From assembly GCA_958423465.1 (NCBI GenBank), contig CATZRD010000006.1:21712-85711 (forward strand): a stretch of 64,000 bases of DNA. The letters are read 5' to 3'. Position 1 is the first letter of the stretch. Every line of letters starts with the position of its first letter. The DNA comes from an uncultured Oscillospiraceae bacterium. Its GTDB lineage: Bacteria; Bacillota; Clostridia; Oscillospirales; Oscillospiraceae. The position numbers and the translations under genes were made by a program. This document shows positions 8,147-17,105 of the stretch, piece by piece. Below the pieces are notes generated by a model. The model was not told the DNA's origin and searched no databases. It worked only from the letters and a program-made list of their open reading frames with translations.

Positions 8147-9424
8147 ATGGAGATGGAATATACCCGCATGACCCCCGCCCAGCTGGCTGCGGAGAAGGAG
8201 ATCGTCTCCCGCCGGTTCGAGGAGCTGAAGGCCAGGGGCCTGAAGCTGGATATGTCCCGGGGCAAGCCCGGCAAGGTCCAGCTGGATCTGGTCAGCGACA
8301 TCCTGACGGTGCTCAACGATCCCGCCCAGTGCCAGGTGGAGGGCCTGGATGTGCGCAACTACGGCGAGCTGACCGGTCTGCCCGCCGCCAAGCGGCTCTT
8401 TGCCGAGATCCTGGGCTGCAGGCCGGAGGAGTGCTTCATTGGCGGCAACGCCAGCCTGACGCTGATGTACGACACCATTGCCAAGGCCTATACCCACGGC
8501 CTTCTCCACAGCGAGAAGCCCTGGGCCAGGCTGGACAAGGTGAAGTTCCTCTGTCCCGCCCCGGGCTATGACCGGCACTTCAAGATCAGCCAGTCCTTCG
8601 GTATGGAGCTGATCACCATTGAGATGACCTCCACCGGCCCGGACATGGACGCCGTGGAGGCCTATGTGAAGGACCCCGCCGTGAAGGGCATCTGGTGCGT
8701 GCCTAAGTATTCCAACCCGGAGGGCGTCATCTACAGCGAGGAGACCATCCGCCGCATCGCCCATCTGAAGCCCGCCGCGCCGGACTTCATTGTCATGTGG
8801 GACAACGCCTACTGCATCCACGAGTTCGACGGCGACTATGTGCCCTTCCCGGACATCCTCAGCCTCTGCCGGGAGGCGGGAAATCCGGATCTGGTGTTCG
8901 AGTACGCCTCCACCTCCAAGGTGACGCTGCCCGGCGCGGGCGTCTCCGTCATGGCTGCCAGCGTGGACAATATCAAGTATATGGTGGGACTGCTGGGCAT
9001 CCAGACCATCAGCTACGACAAGGTGAACCAGCTGCGCCATGTGCTGTACTTAAAGGACAAGGCCCACACCCTGGAACTGATGAAGCGCCACGCCGCCATC
9101 ATGAAGCCCAAGTTCGACGCGGTGGTGAAGGCTCTGGACCAGCAGATCGCCCCCCTGGGCATCGCCCAGTTCAAGCGGCCCAAGGGCGGCTATTTCGTCA
9201 GCGTGGACACCATGGACGGTCTGGCCAAGCGCACCCTGGCCCTGTGTAAGGAGGCCGGCGTGGTGATGACCGCCGCCGGGGCCACCTTCCCCTACGGGGT
9301 GGACCCCCGGGACCGGAACATCCGAATCGCCCCCAGTCTGCCCCCGGTGGAGGAGCTGGAGGTGGCTATCGACGTGTTCTGCACCTGCCTGAAGCTGGCG
9401 GCCCTGGAGAAGCTGACAGCCTAA
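8147..9424 (+). CDS. PLP-dependent aminotransferase (class I/II fold)
   Basis: ~425 aa aminotransferase-like sequence; GAAAGGAG RBS; upstream TTGCTA-17-TACAAT promoter. Confidence 0.7.
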   Translation: MEMEYTRMTPAQLAAEKEIVSRRFEELKARGLKLDMSRGKPGKVQLDLVSDILTVLNDPAQCQVEGLDVRNYGELTGLPAAKRLFAEILGCRPEECFIGGNASLTLMYDTIAKAYTHGLLHSEKPWARLDKVKFLCPAPGYDRHFKISQSFGMELITIEMTSTGPDMDAVEAYVKDPAVKGIWCVPKYSNPEGVIYSEETIRRIAHLKPAAPDFIVMWDNAYCIHEFDGDYVPFPDILSLCREAGNPDLVFEYASTSKVTLPGAGVSVMAASVDNIKYMVGLLGIQTISYDKVNQLRHVLYLKDKAHTLELMKRHAAIMKPKFDAVVKALDQQIAPLGIAQFKRPKGGYFVSVDTMDGLAKRTLALCKEAGVVMTAAGATFPYGVDPRDRNIRIAPSLPPVEELEVAIDVFCTCLKLAALEKLTA

Positions 9425-9441
9425 AAGAAAACAAGAAATCA

Positions 9442-9477
9442 GGGAGACGCCCGGAACTTCCGGGCGTCTCCCTTTCT
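9442..9477. terminator. bidirectional intrinsic terminator between convergent genes
   Basis: 13-bp stem GGGAGACGCCCGG/CCGGGCGTCTCCC flanked by A-run (left) and T-run (right). Confidence 0.8.
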
Positions 9478-9499
9478 ATAGCTGTATGGCGAAGCCACT

Positions 9500-9868
9500 T
9501 TACACTTTTCTCACATCCGCAGCAGCGACGAGAGCCGCGCCGGTGCCGCATAGGTCGGGGAGAAGCACCTGCCCGGCGGCCACGGGGGCCGGGACGGTCA
9601 GGTCCCGGAGAGCCCGGACGCAGTCCATGAGCCGGGCTTTGGGCACCTCGCCCCGGGTGCGGACCGGGACCACCGGCGCGGCGCCGCCGGACACCCGCAC
9701 CGTGGTGGTCAGCACCCGGGTGGGGGCGGTGACCTCCCGCCGGGCATAGGCGTCCCCCCGTTTGCAGGTGTTGCCGCTGACGGATGTGACGAGGCCGTTT
9801 TCCAGCGTCACCGTCATGGGGCAGCCCATGGGGCAGCCGATGCAGATGAGATCTCTTGTTTCGCTCAT
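9500..9868 (-). CDS. DUF1667 domain protein (Cys-rich, partner of GlpA/GlpB-like dehydrogenase)
   Basis: ICIGCPMGCPM Cys motif; ATG at comp 9866-9868 with GGAGGTG RBS; 4-nt overlap with upstream gene. Confidence 0.7.
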   Translation of the reverse strand: MSETRDLICIGCPMGCPMTVTLENGLVTSVSGNTCKRGDAYARREVTAPTRVLTTTVRVSGGAAPVVPVRTRGEVPKARLMDCVRALRDLTVPAPVAAGQVLLPDLCGTGAALVAAADVRKV

Positions 9869-11133
9869 GGCGTCACCTCCAGAGAAATGGCGATCTCTTT
9901 CAGGTCCTCCCGCTCCAGCAGATCCGCCCGCTTCAGGCGGACCTCCTCCATCTCGCCGGGGGCCAGGATCATCCGTTTCCGTCTCCACAGGATCTCGCCG
10001 CTGTCCGCCGTGACCAGGACGGCGGCGTTTTTGTACACGTCCGACACCCGGAACCGGACCGTCAGCTCATCGTCCATCCGCTCCGGGTCGATGACCGCGG
10101 GGACGGTGTACCGCACGCCTCTGCCGGCGGCGAGGCGGACGGTCCGCCCGCCCCGGCGGGTTTCCCGCCTCAGATACCGGGCGGCGGCGCGCCCGGCGTG
10201 GGCGGCCTCCTGGGATACGAAATCCACCAGGTCGTGGACGTGGAGCACGTTGCCGCAGGCGAACACGCCGGGGACGCTGGTCTCCAGACTTTCGTCCACC
10301 ACCGGTCCGTTGGTGACGGGGGAGAGGTCCACCCCCGCGCCCCGGCTCAGCTCGTTCTCCGGGACGAGGCCCACGCTGAGCAGCAGGGTGTCGCAGTCGT
10401 AGCGCTTCTCCGTGCCGGGGATGGGGCGGCGGTTCGCGTCCACCTGGGCCAGGGTCACGCCGGAGACCCGCTCCCGGCCCTGGATGTCCACCACCGTATG
10501 GCTGAGGAGCAGGGGGATGCCGAAGTCGTCCAGACACTGGACGATGTTCCGCTTCAGTCCGCCGGAGTAGGGCATCAGCTCCGCCACCGCCTGGACGTGG
10601 GCGCCCTCCAGGGTCATGCGGCGGGCCATGATGAGGCCGATGTCGCCGCTGCCCAGGATCACCACCTCCCGGCCCGGCAGCAGCCCCTCCCGGTTCACCA
10701 GCCGCTGGGCGGTGCCGGCGGAGTAGATGCCGGCGGGACGGAAGCCGGGGATGTTCAGACTGCCTCGGGCCCGCTCCCGGCAGCCCATGGCCAGGATCAC
10801 CGCCCCGGCCTGAAGCTGGAACAGGCCCCGCTCCCGGCTGACGGCGGTGACCACCCGGTCCGCCGACAGCTCCAGCACCATGGTGTCCAGGAGGAAGGGG
10901 ATCCCCAGCTCCCGGACCTGCCGGACGTACCGCCCGGCGTACTCCGGGCCGGTCAGCTCCTCCTGAAAGGTGTGGAGGCCGAAGCCCGCGTGGATGCACT
11001 GATTGAGGATGCCCCCCAGCTCCAGCTCCCGCTCCAGGATCAGGATATCCTCCACGCCCCGCTCCCGGGCGGCCACGGCGGCGGCCAGCCCCGCGGGGCC
11101 TCCGCCGATGATCACCAGCTCACACCGCTCCAT
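9865..11133 (-). CDS. NAD(P)/FAD-dependent oxidoreductase (anaerobic G3P dehydrogenase GlpB-like subunit)
   Basis: N-terminal dinucleotide-binding IIGGGPAGLAAA; second Rossmann motif; operon context. Confidence 0.75.
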   Translation of the reverse strand: MERCELVIIGGGPAGLAAAVAARERGVEDILILERELELGGILNQCIHAGFGLHTFQEELTGPEYAGRYVRQVRELGIPFLLDTMVLELSADRVVTAVSRERGLFQLQAGAVILAMGCRERARGSLNIPGFRPAGIYSAGTAQRLVNREGLLPGREVVILGSGDIGLIMARRMTLEGAHVQAVAELMPYSGGLKRNIVQCLDDFGIPLLLSHTVVDIQGRERVSGVTLAQVDANRRPIPGTEKRYDCDTLLLSVGLVPENELSRGAGVDLSPVTNGPVVDESLETSVPGVFACGNVLHVHDLVDFVSQEAAHAGRAAARYLRRETRRGGRTVRLAAGRGVRYTVPAVIDPERMDDELTVRFRVSDVYKNAAVLVTADSGEILWRRKRMILAPGEMEEVRLKRADLLEREDLKEIAISLEVTP

Positions 11134-12583
11134 GGTCCGCGCCTCCTCTGTAAGAATCTTTGTTGACGCCGGCGATGAGGTAGGAGCCTCCGCCGGATTT
11201 GGTGACGGCCTCCATGGGGACGCCCCGCTCCCGGGCCAGCAGCTCCATCACCCGGCCGGAGCAGAAGCCCCCCTGGCACCGGCCCATGCCCGCCCGGACC
11301 CGGCGCTTCACGCCGTCCAGACTTTTGGCCCCCAGGGGGCGGCGGATGGCGTCCAGAATCTCCCCCTCGCTGACGCCCTCGCACCGGCAGATGATCCGGC
11401 CGTAGGCCGGCTGGCGGGCGATGAGGGCCTGCCGCTCCTCAAAGGAGAGGGAGGCGGGGTTCAGGATGCCCCGGCGGGTGGCCTTGAACTGGGCCTTTCG
11501 CCGCAGCAGCAGCTTGTCCCGCACCAGCTCCGCCATCATCTGCCCGATGGCGGGGGAGGCGGAGAGGCCGGGGGATTCGATGCCCGCGCAGTCGAAGAAG
11601 CCGGGAGCGCCCTCCGCCTCGCCGATGACGAACTCGTGGCCGTCCTCGTGGGCCCGGAGCCCGGCGAAGGAGGTGATGACCTGGCGCAGGGGCGCGTCCT
11701 TTACGATGTCGGAGGCCCGCCGCATCACCTGCTCCAGACCGTCGGCGGTGGTGTTCACCCCGTCCCGGTCCTCTATGTCGATGGCGGTGGGGCCCACGAT
11801 GGTGTTGCCGTGGACCGTGGGGGCCACCAGCACGCCCTTGCCGTATTTCCCGGGCAATTGGAAGATGGTGTGGTTCACATAGCCCCCGGTGGTCCGGTCC
11901 AGCAGGTAGTAGTCTCCCCGGCGGGGGGTAATGTGGAGTTTGCGGGCGCCGACCATGTTGTGGAGCACGTCGGCGTACACCCCGGCGGCGTTGACCACCA
12001 CCCGGGTTTCCAGATCTCCCCGGTCCGTATGGACGGTCCAGCCCCCCGGGGCGGGGGCAAAGCCGGTGACGGCGGTGTCGAACCGGAACTCCACCCCGTT
12101 ATCCGATGCGTTTTCCGCAAAGGCGATGTTCATGCCGAAGGGACAGACGATGCCGCCGGTGGCGGCCTCCAGCCCAGCCACCACGTCCTCCCGGATGTTG
12201 GGCTCCATGGCCAGGACCTCCTCCCGGGTCAGGAGCCGCAGGGCGGCGACGCCGTTTTTCTTCCCCCGCTCATAGAGGGCGTGAAGGGCGGGCAGTCCCT
12301 CCTCGCTCATGCAGACCACCAGAGAGCCGTTGTTCCGGTAGGGGAAGTCCAGGTCCCGGGCAAGCTGGGGAATGAGGTAGCTGCCGGCCACGTCCAGCCG
12401 GGCCATGAGGGTGCCGGGCTGGGCGTCGTAGCCCGCGTGGACGATGGCGCTGTTGGCCTTGCTGGTGCCGCAGCACACGTCCTCGCACCGCTCTACCACG
12501 CAGATCCTGGCGTCGTAGCGGCTCAGCTCCCGGGCCACGGCAGAGCCGGTGACCCCGGCCCCGATGATGACAATGTCGTACAT
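11120..12583 (-). CDS. FAD-dependent glycerol-3-phosphate dehydrogenase-like oxidoreductase with C-terminal BFD-like [2Fe-2S] domain (GlpA-like)
   Basis: N-terminal IVIIGAGVTGSA FAD fold; C-terminal CRCEGVSEGEI...GMGRCQGGFC; AAGGAGGAG RBS. Confidence 0.8.
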   Translation of the reverse strand: MYDIVIIGAGVTGSAVARELSRYDARICVVERCEDVCCGTSKANSAIVHAGYDAQPGTLMARLDVAGSYLIPQLARDLDFPYRNNGSLVVCMSEEGLPALHALYERGKKNGVAALRLLTREEVLAMEPNIREDVVAGLEAATGGIVCPFGMNIAFAENASDNGVEFRFDTAVTGFAPAPGGWTVHTDRGDLETRVVVNAAGVYADVLHNMVGARKLHITPRRGDYYLLDRTTGGYVNHTIFQLPGKYGKGVLVAPTVHGNTIVGPTAIDIEDRDGVNTTADGLEQVMRRASDIVKDAPLRQVITSFAGLRAHEDGHEFVIGEAEGAPGFFDCAGIESPGLSASPAIGQMMAELVRDKLLLRRKAQFKATRRGILNPASLSFEERQALIARQPAYGRIICRCEGVSEGEILDAIRRPLGAKSLDGVKRRVRAGMGRCQGGFCSGRVMELLARERGVPMEAVTKSGGGSYLIAGVNKDSYRGGADHGAV

Positions 12584-12601
12584 ACATCTCCTCCTTTACA
12601 C

Positions 12602-12654
12602 AAAAAAGAGCGGGACGACCAGAGGCCCGGTCAGGGCCTCCCGTCATCTCGCTC
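12602..12654 (-). terminator. leader terminator/attenuator upstream of the GlpA-like gene
   Basis: Minus-strand hairpin GAGCGAGAUGACGGGAGGCCC...GGGCCUCUGGUCGUCCCGCUC (~20-bp stem with G-U/mismatches) followed by UUUUUU, 8 nt before the RBS. Confidence 0.5.
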
Positions 12655-12690
12655 TCAAATCTCGCGAACGCTGTTCGATTTTGTAAGCTC

Positions 12691-12719
12691 AGTGTACCAC
12701 CTTGCCCCGGGGCTGTCAA
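12691..12719 (-). promoter_or_regulatory. SigA promoter of glp-like operon (-35 TTGACA, 17 nt, -10 TACACT)
   Basis: Hexamers at comp 12714-12719 and comp 12691-12696. Confidence 0.55.
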
Positions 12720-12724
12720 GGATT

Positions 12725-13654
12725 TTACGCCTGGGGGGCGGCGGAATTCGGCTCCGGCGGGACAAAGACATCCTCCGGCTCCGCGCCTGCCATTTCGGCG
12801 CAGTAGGCCCATACGTCCTCCATGGTCACGGTATCCCCCTGGGCGGGGACGATCTTATGGATGGAGCCGTCGTAGAGAACGCCGTCCTCCCCCTGAACGA
12901 ACAGGGTGCGGATGCCCTCGGAGAGGGTCAGCTCCGCCAGATCGGCGTAGCAGAACCGGCTGCCGTTACACTCCAGCCAGGCGTCCTCACCGGCGAAGCC
13001 CGCCAGGAACACCGCCTCAGCCCCGGGCTGGAGGTGGTCCGCCCCGCCGGAAATGCTGGTCAAGGCGTGGCACAGCACGTTGTAGATGTCGCCAGTGGCC
13101 AGATCCCCCCGGAGGCAGTCCGTCACCTCCACCGCGAACCGGGAGAAGTAAAAGTCGCTGCCCCCCACGTTGACCGAGTAATACTGCACGTTCCGCACCA
13201 CGCCCCGGAACACGGCGTCGGCTTCGGCGAAGAACTCCTCCGGTTCCAGCCGGACCAAACAGGGTTCTGCCTGGGGAAAGGCGGCGGGATCGCTGAGCTC
13301 CCCGATGGTCACGTCTCCGGTGGAGTATATGGGCTGTGCCGGGGCGTCGGCGCCGCTGTAGTCGCTGCCGTCCGCGCTGGTCCCAATGCCGATGCCGTCG
13401 ATGCCCACGGTATCGTCCGTACCGCCGGGGCCGCCGTCCGGCCGGCTCTGGCTGGCCACATAGTCGGCGATGGGCACCCGGTGGTCCATTTGCTTCCAGG
13501 CCAGCAGACTGCCGCCCACCACCACTGTCAGGGCGGCGGCCAGGGCGGCGGTCCGCCGCCAGCCGGGGGCCTTTGCCCGTCCGCCCGCCTCCGCCTCCAG
13601 CACCAGGTCCTCCCGGACGCAGCCCAGGGCGGTGAACAGTTCTTCCTTTGTCAT
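12725..13654 (-). CDS. putative anti-sigma factor (single TM, large extracytoplasmic domain)
   Basis: ATGA-overlapped with upstream ECF sigma gene; TM segment AALAAALTVVVGGSLLAW after short cytoplasmic N-terminus. Confidence 0.6.
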   Translation of the reverse strand: MTKEELFTALGCVREDLVLEAEAGGRAKAPGWRRTAALAAALTVVVGGSLLAWKQMDHRVPIADYVASQSRPDGGPGGTDDTVGIDGIGIGTSADGSDYSGADAPAQPIYSTGDVTIGELSDPAAFPQAEPCLVRLEPEEFFAEADAVFRGVVRNVQYYSVNVGGSDFYFSRFAVEVTDCLRGDLATGDIYNVLCHALTSISGGADHLQPGAEAVFLAGFAGEDAWLECNGSRFCYADLAELTLSEGIRTLFVQGEDGVLYDGSIHKIVPAQGDTVTMEDVWAYCAEMAGAEPEDVFVPPEPNSAAPQA

Positions 13655-14205
13655 AGGTCGTAGCCCTCCTCGATCAAAGTCCGCTTCAGTTTTTCACGGG
13701 TCCTGCGGAGCATGGATTTCACCTTGGACTCTGTAAAGGAAAAGTCCCTTGCAATGCCCGCCACATCCTGACAGGCCCAGTACCGCCGCAGAAAGACCCG
13801 GCGCTGGACGGCGGGCAATCCCTCCAAAAACCGGCTGATGGCCTCGCCCAGCTCCCGGGCGGTCACCGCCTCCTCCAGAGGCGCGCCGCCCACACACTCC
13901 GCCAGCTCCTCCAGCACTAGGGGAAAGCCCCCGGACCGCTTTCCGGCGGTGAGCCGCCGGTGGATGTCCAGAGCGGCGTTGCGGCAGATGCGGCCCAGCA
14001 GGGGAGAGAGCTTTTGCGGCCGCTGGGGCGGCATGGCGTTCCACGCCCCCAGCCAGGTGTCGCTGAGACATTCCTCACGGTCCTGGGGGTCCGCCAGGAT
14101 GTTTCCGGCGATGGCGGCGCAGTAGCCGCCGTAGGCCCGGCGGGTCTCGTCGATAGCGGTCTCGTCCCGCCGCCAGTACAGCTCCACGATGGCGTGATCG
14201 TCCAC
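13651..14205 (-). CDS. RNA polymerase ECF sigma factor (sigma-70 family)
   Basis: Region 2 (ELYWRRDETAIDE...RxAYG...) and region 4 HTH; GTG start at comp 14203-14205 with GAGGAGGTG RBS (track start 14484 is an extension). Confidence 0.7.
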   Translation of the reverse strand: MDDHAIVELYWRRDETAIDETRRAYGGYCAAIAGNILADPQDREECLSDTWLGAWNAMPPQRPQKLSPLLGRICRNAALDIHRRLTAGKRSGGFPLVLEELAECVGGAPLEEAVTARELGEAISRFLEGLPAVQRRVFLRRYWACQDVAGIARDFSFTESKVKSMLRRTREKLKRTLIEEGYDL

Positions 14206-14482
14206 AGGAGCACCTCCTCGTTTTTGAAAGCTTTCACTCTTATAGACGCAGAAATGTCCGCCGGGTGGCGGGGGAAAAGAAAAAATCTGCCCCGTTTTGG
14301 CGGAGGGAGAGGAAAAACCCTGGGGAACCTGCCTGCGCTTTGGGCTTTTTGCGGTTGTATTTTTTCCGCCGCTGTGGTAGAATGGCAATCGAAACTGACA
14401 AAAACCCATGGATGGAGGCGGACGCGGCGGGATTTCGCGTCCCCTGTCCATCAGGCGAGGAAGGAACACAAGGAGAAGAATC

Positions 14483-15148
14483 ATGGCGGATGAAGATAAG
14501 CTCCGGGCGGAGAAGATAGAAAACGAGGCGGCGGAGAACGCCCCGGCGGCGGGGGAGGGAGAGACCCCTCCCGCCCCGAAGAAGAAGGAGCGGCCGGAGG
14601 AGATGGTCTACAGCTGGGGACAGTCGACGATCATCGCTGTGGTCGCCGTGGTGCTGCTGTTTACCTTCGCGGTGCGGATCGTCTCTGTCAGAGGGCCCTC
14701 CATGCAGGACACGCTGTACACCGGGGACCGGATGCTGGTGGTGAACAGCCTTCTGTGCCGGTACGAGCCGGGGGACGTGGTGGTGATCAACGCCTACAAC
14801 GCGGAGCTGGACGAGACCCTGGTGAAGCGGGTCATCGCCGTAGGCGGTCAGACGGTGGACGTGGATTTCGTCACCGGCACCGTCTATGTGGACGGCCAGC
14901 CTCTGGACGAGCCGTATGTCAAGGAGCCCACCTATACCCCAGAGGGGACCAGCTTTCCGCTGACCCTGGCGGAGGACGAGGTGTTCGTCATGGGGGATAA
15001 CCGCAACCACAGCACCGACAGCCGGGATCCCCGGCTGGGCCCGGTGAACGTGGGCTATATCCAGGGCAAGGCGGTGGCGGTGGTGTTTCCGGGGAAGACC
15101 CCGGGGCTGGACAGCCGCCAGTGGAGCCGCCTGGGCCTCATTCCATAA
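14483..15148 (+). CDS. lepB: signal peptidase I
   Basis: SPase I boxes (GPSM, VKRVIAVGGQ, GDNRNHSTDSR); AAGGAG RBS. Confidence 0.85.
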   Translation: MADEDKLRAEKIENEAAENAPAAGEGETPPAPKKKERPEEMVYSWGQSTIIAVVAVVLLFTFAVRIVSVRGPSMQDTLYTGDRMLVVNSLLCRYEPGDVVVINAYNAELDETLVKRVIAVGGQTVDVDFVTGTVYVDGQPLDEPYVKEPTYTPEGTSFPLTLAEDEVFVMGDNRNHSTDSRDPRLGPVNVGYIQGKAVAVVFPGKTPGLDSRQWSRLGLIP

Positions 15149-15165
15149 AAGACAGGAGTTGCAGT

Positions 15166-16083
15166 ATGCGCCAGGATGACCGGACATCCTCTCAGGAGGG
15201 GATGCAGATCCAGTGGTATCCGGGCCACATGACCAGGACCCGGCGGATGATCGCCGACCAGGTCCGGCTCATGGACGCGGTGTGCGAGATTCTGGACGCC
15301 CGGGTCCCCCTCTCCAGCCGGAACCCGGACGTGGAGGAGCTGACGGCGGGGAAGCCTCGGCTGATCCTTCTCAACCGGGTGGATCTGGCGGACCCGGCGG
15401 CCACCCGGCGGTGGGCCGCCTGGTTCAGACAGCAGGGCTTCGCCGTTCTGGAGATGAACGCCAGGGCGGGCCAGGGCACGGCAAAATTCCCCGCCGCCGT
15501 CCGGGAGCTGCTCCGGGACAAGCTGGCGGCCTACGCGGAGAAGGGGCAGGCGGGACGCACCATCCGGGTGATGGTGCTGGGCATCCCCAACGTGGGGAAA
15601 TCCACCTTTATCAATCAGGTATCCGGACGCCGGACCGCCAGGGCGGAGGACCGGCCCGGGGTCACCCGGGGCAAGCAGTGGGTGCCGGTGGACCGGACGC
15701 TGGAGCTGCTGGACACCCCCGGCATCCTGTGGCCCAAGTTCGAGGACCGGCAGGTGGGCATGAACCTGGCCTACACCGGGGCGGTGCGGGACGAGATCAT
15801 GGACCTGGAGACGTTGGCCTGCCATCTGGCGGCCTATCTGGGCAAACACTATCCCCAGGCCCTGGCCGCCGGCTACAAGCTGTCCGTCCTGCCGGAGCGG
15901 GAGGCGGAGGAAAACGACGCGGCCTGGGGCTACCGGCTGCTGGAGAGCGCCGGGCGGAAGCGGGGCTTCCTCATCTCCGGCGGAGAGGTGGACACGGAGC
16001 GGGCGGCCCGTATCCTGCTGGACGAGTTCCGGGGGGGCCGCCTGGGGCGGTTCACTCTGGAGCTGCCGGAGGAGCAGACCTGA
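15166..16083 (+). CDS. rbgA: ribosome biogenesis GTPase A (YlqF/RbgA)
   Basis: IQWYPGHM motif, circularly permuted GTPase motifs (GIPNVGKST, DTPG). Confidence 0.85.
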   Translation: MRQDDRTSSQEGMQIQWYPGHMTRTRRMIADQVRLMDAVCEILDARVPLSSRNPDVEELTAGKPRLILLNRVDLADPAATRRWAAWFRQQGFAVLEMNARAGQGTAKFPAAVRELLRDKLAAYAEKGQAGRTIRVMVLGIPNVGKSTFINQVSGRRTARAEDRPGVTRGKQWVPVDRTLELLDTPGILWPKFEDRQVGMNLAYTGAVRDEIMDLETLACHLAAYLGKHYPQALAAGYKLSVLPEREAEENDAAWGYRLLESAGRKRGFLISGGEVDTERAARILLDEFRGGRLGRFTLELPEEQT

Positions 16084-16721
16084 TGACGAAACAGACAAGT
16101 ATGGATCTGTGGGAATGGGAGCGGTCCGCCTGGGCGGCGGGCCACACCGCCGTGTGCGGCGTGGACGAGGCCGGGGCCGGCCCCCTGGCGGGGCCGGTAT
16201 ACGCCGCCGCCGTGATTCTGCCCGAGGGGCTGGCGCTTCCCTGGCTGAACGACTCCAAGCAGGTGACGGCCAGACGCCGGGCCATTCTGTTCGACCAGAT
16301 CCGCCAGCGGGCGCTGGCCTGGTCCGTGGCCTCCCTGCCGGCGGAGGAGATCGACCGGCTGGACATCCTCAACGCCCGGATCAGGGCCATGCAGCTGGCC
16401 ATTGACGGCCTCAGCCCGGCGGCGGACTTCGCCCTCATCGACGGCAACCGGGACCACGGCAGCCGCTGCGCCGTCGTTACCCCCCATGTGACCGTGGTCC
16501 GGGGGGACAGCCGCAGCGCCAGCGTGGCCGCCGCCTCCATTCTGGCCAAGGTCAGCCGGGACCGGTACATGGAGGAGATGGCGGCAAAATACCCCCAATA
16601 CGGCTTCGACCGGCACAAGGGCTACGGCACCAGGGACCATTACGCCGCCCTGGACGCCTGGGGCCCCTGCCCCATCCACCGCCGCAGCTTCCTGAAGAAG
16701 TGGGAGGCCGGCCGTGGATGA
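16083..16721 (+). CDS. rnhB: ribonuclease HII
   Basis: GVDEAGAGPLAGPV active-site motif; start overlaps rbgA stop. Confidence 0.85.
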   Translation: MTKQTSMDLWEWERSAWAAGHTAVCGVDEAGAGPLAGPVYAAAVILPEGLALPWLNDSKQVTARRRAILFDQIRQRALAWSVASLPAEEIDRLDILNARIRAMQLAIDGLSPAADFALIDGNRDHGSRCAVVTPHVTVVRGDSRSASVAAASILAKVSRDRYMEEMAAKYPQYGFDRHKGYGTRDHYAALDAWGPCPIHRRSFLKKWEAGRG

Positions 16722-17082
16722 GCGCAGACGCCGTGGGAACGAGGGGGAGGCCGCCGCGGCGGAGTGGCTGCGGGCGCGGGGCTACCGAATCGCGGAGCGG
16801 CAGTTTCGCTGCCGGTTCGGGGAGATCGATCTCGTCGCCTGGAGCCCGGAGGGGGTCTTGTGCTTCGTGGAGGTCAAGACCCGCCGGAGCGCCGCCTTCG
16901 CGGCCCCCAGAGAGGCGGTGACGGCCGCCAAGCGGCGGCGGCTGCGGGCCGCCGCGTCCTGGTATCTGGCCCAGCGGGAGCTGGACTGCCCCTGCCGCTT
17001 CGACGTGGCGGAGGTCTACGCCGCCGCAGACGGCTCCCGGCAGAGGCCGGCGATCCACTACATCATCAGCGCGTTCCAGTGA
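16714..17082 (+). CDS. yraN: YraN family protein (UPF0102 predicted endonuclease)
   Basis: UPF0102 length and GEIDLV core; 8-nt overlap with rnhB. Confidence 0.75.
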   Translation: MDERRRRGNEGEAAAAEWLRARGYRIAERQFRCRFGEIDLVAWSPEGVLCFVEVKTRRSAAFAAPREAVTAAKRRRLRAAASWYLAQRELDCPCRFDVAEVYAAADGSRQRPAIHYIISAFQ

Positions 17083-17105
17083 GCGCGACCCTGGAGGATA
17101 CAGCT

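Noticed and set aside
9762-9870. Short direct repeat ATGGGGCAGCC x2
   Set aside because: Lies inside the DUF1667 CDS and simply encodes the duplicated CPMGCPM motif; not a repeat element
11003-13663. 886-aa plus-strand ORF across the glp-like genes and anti-sigma gene
   Set aside because: Antisense to well-supported genes, Gly/Pro/Ala/His-rich product
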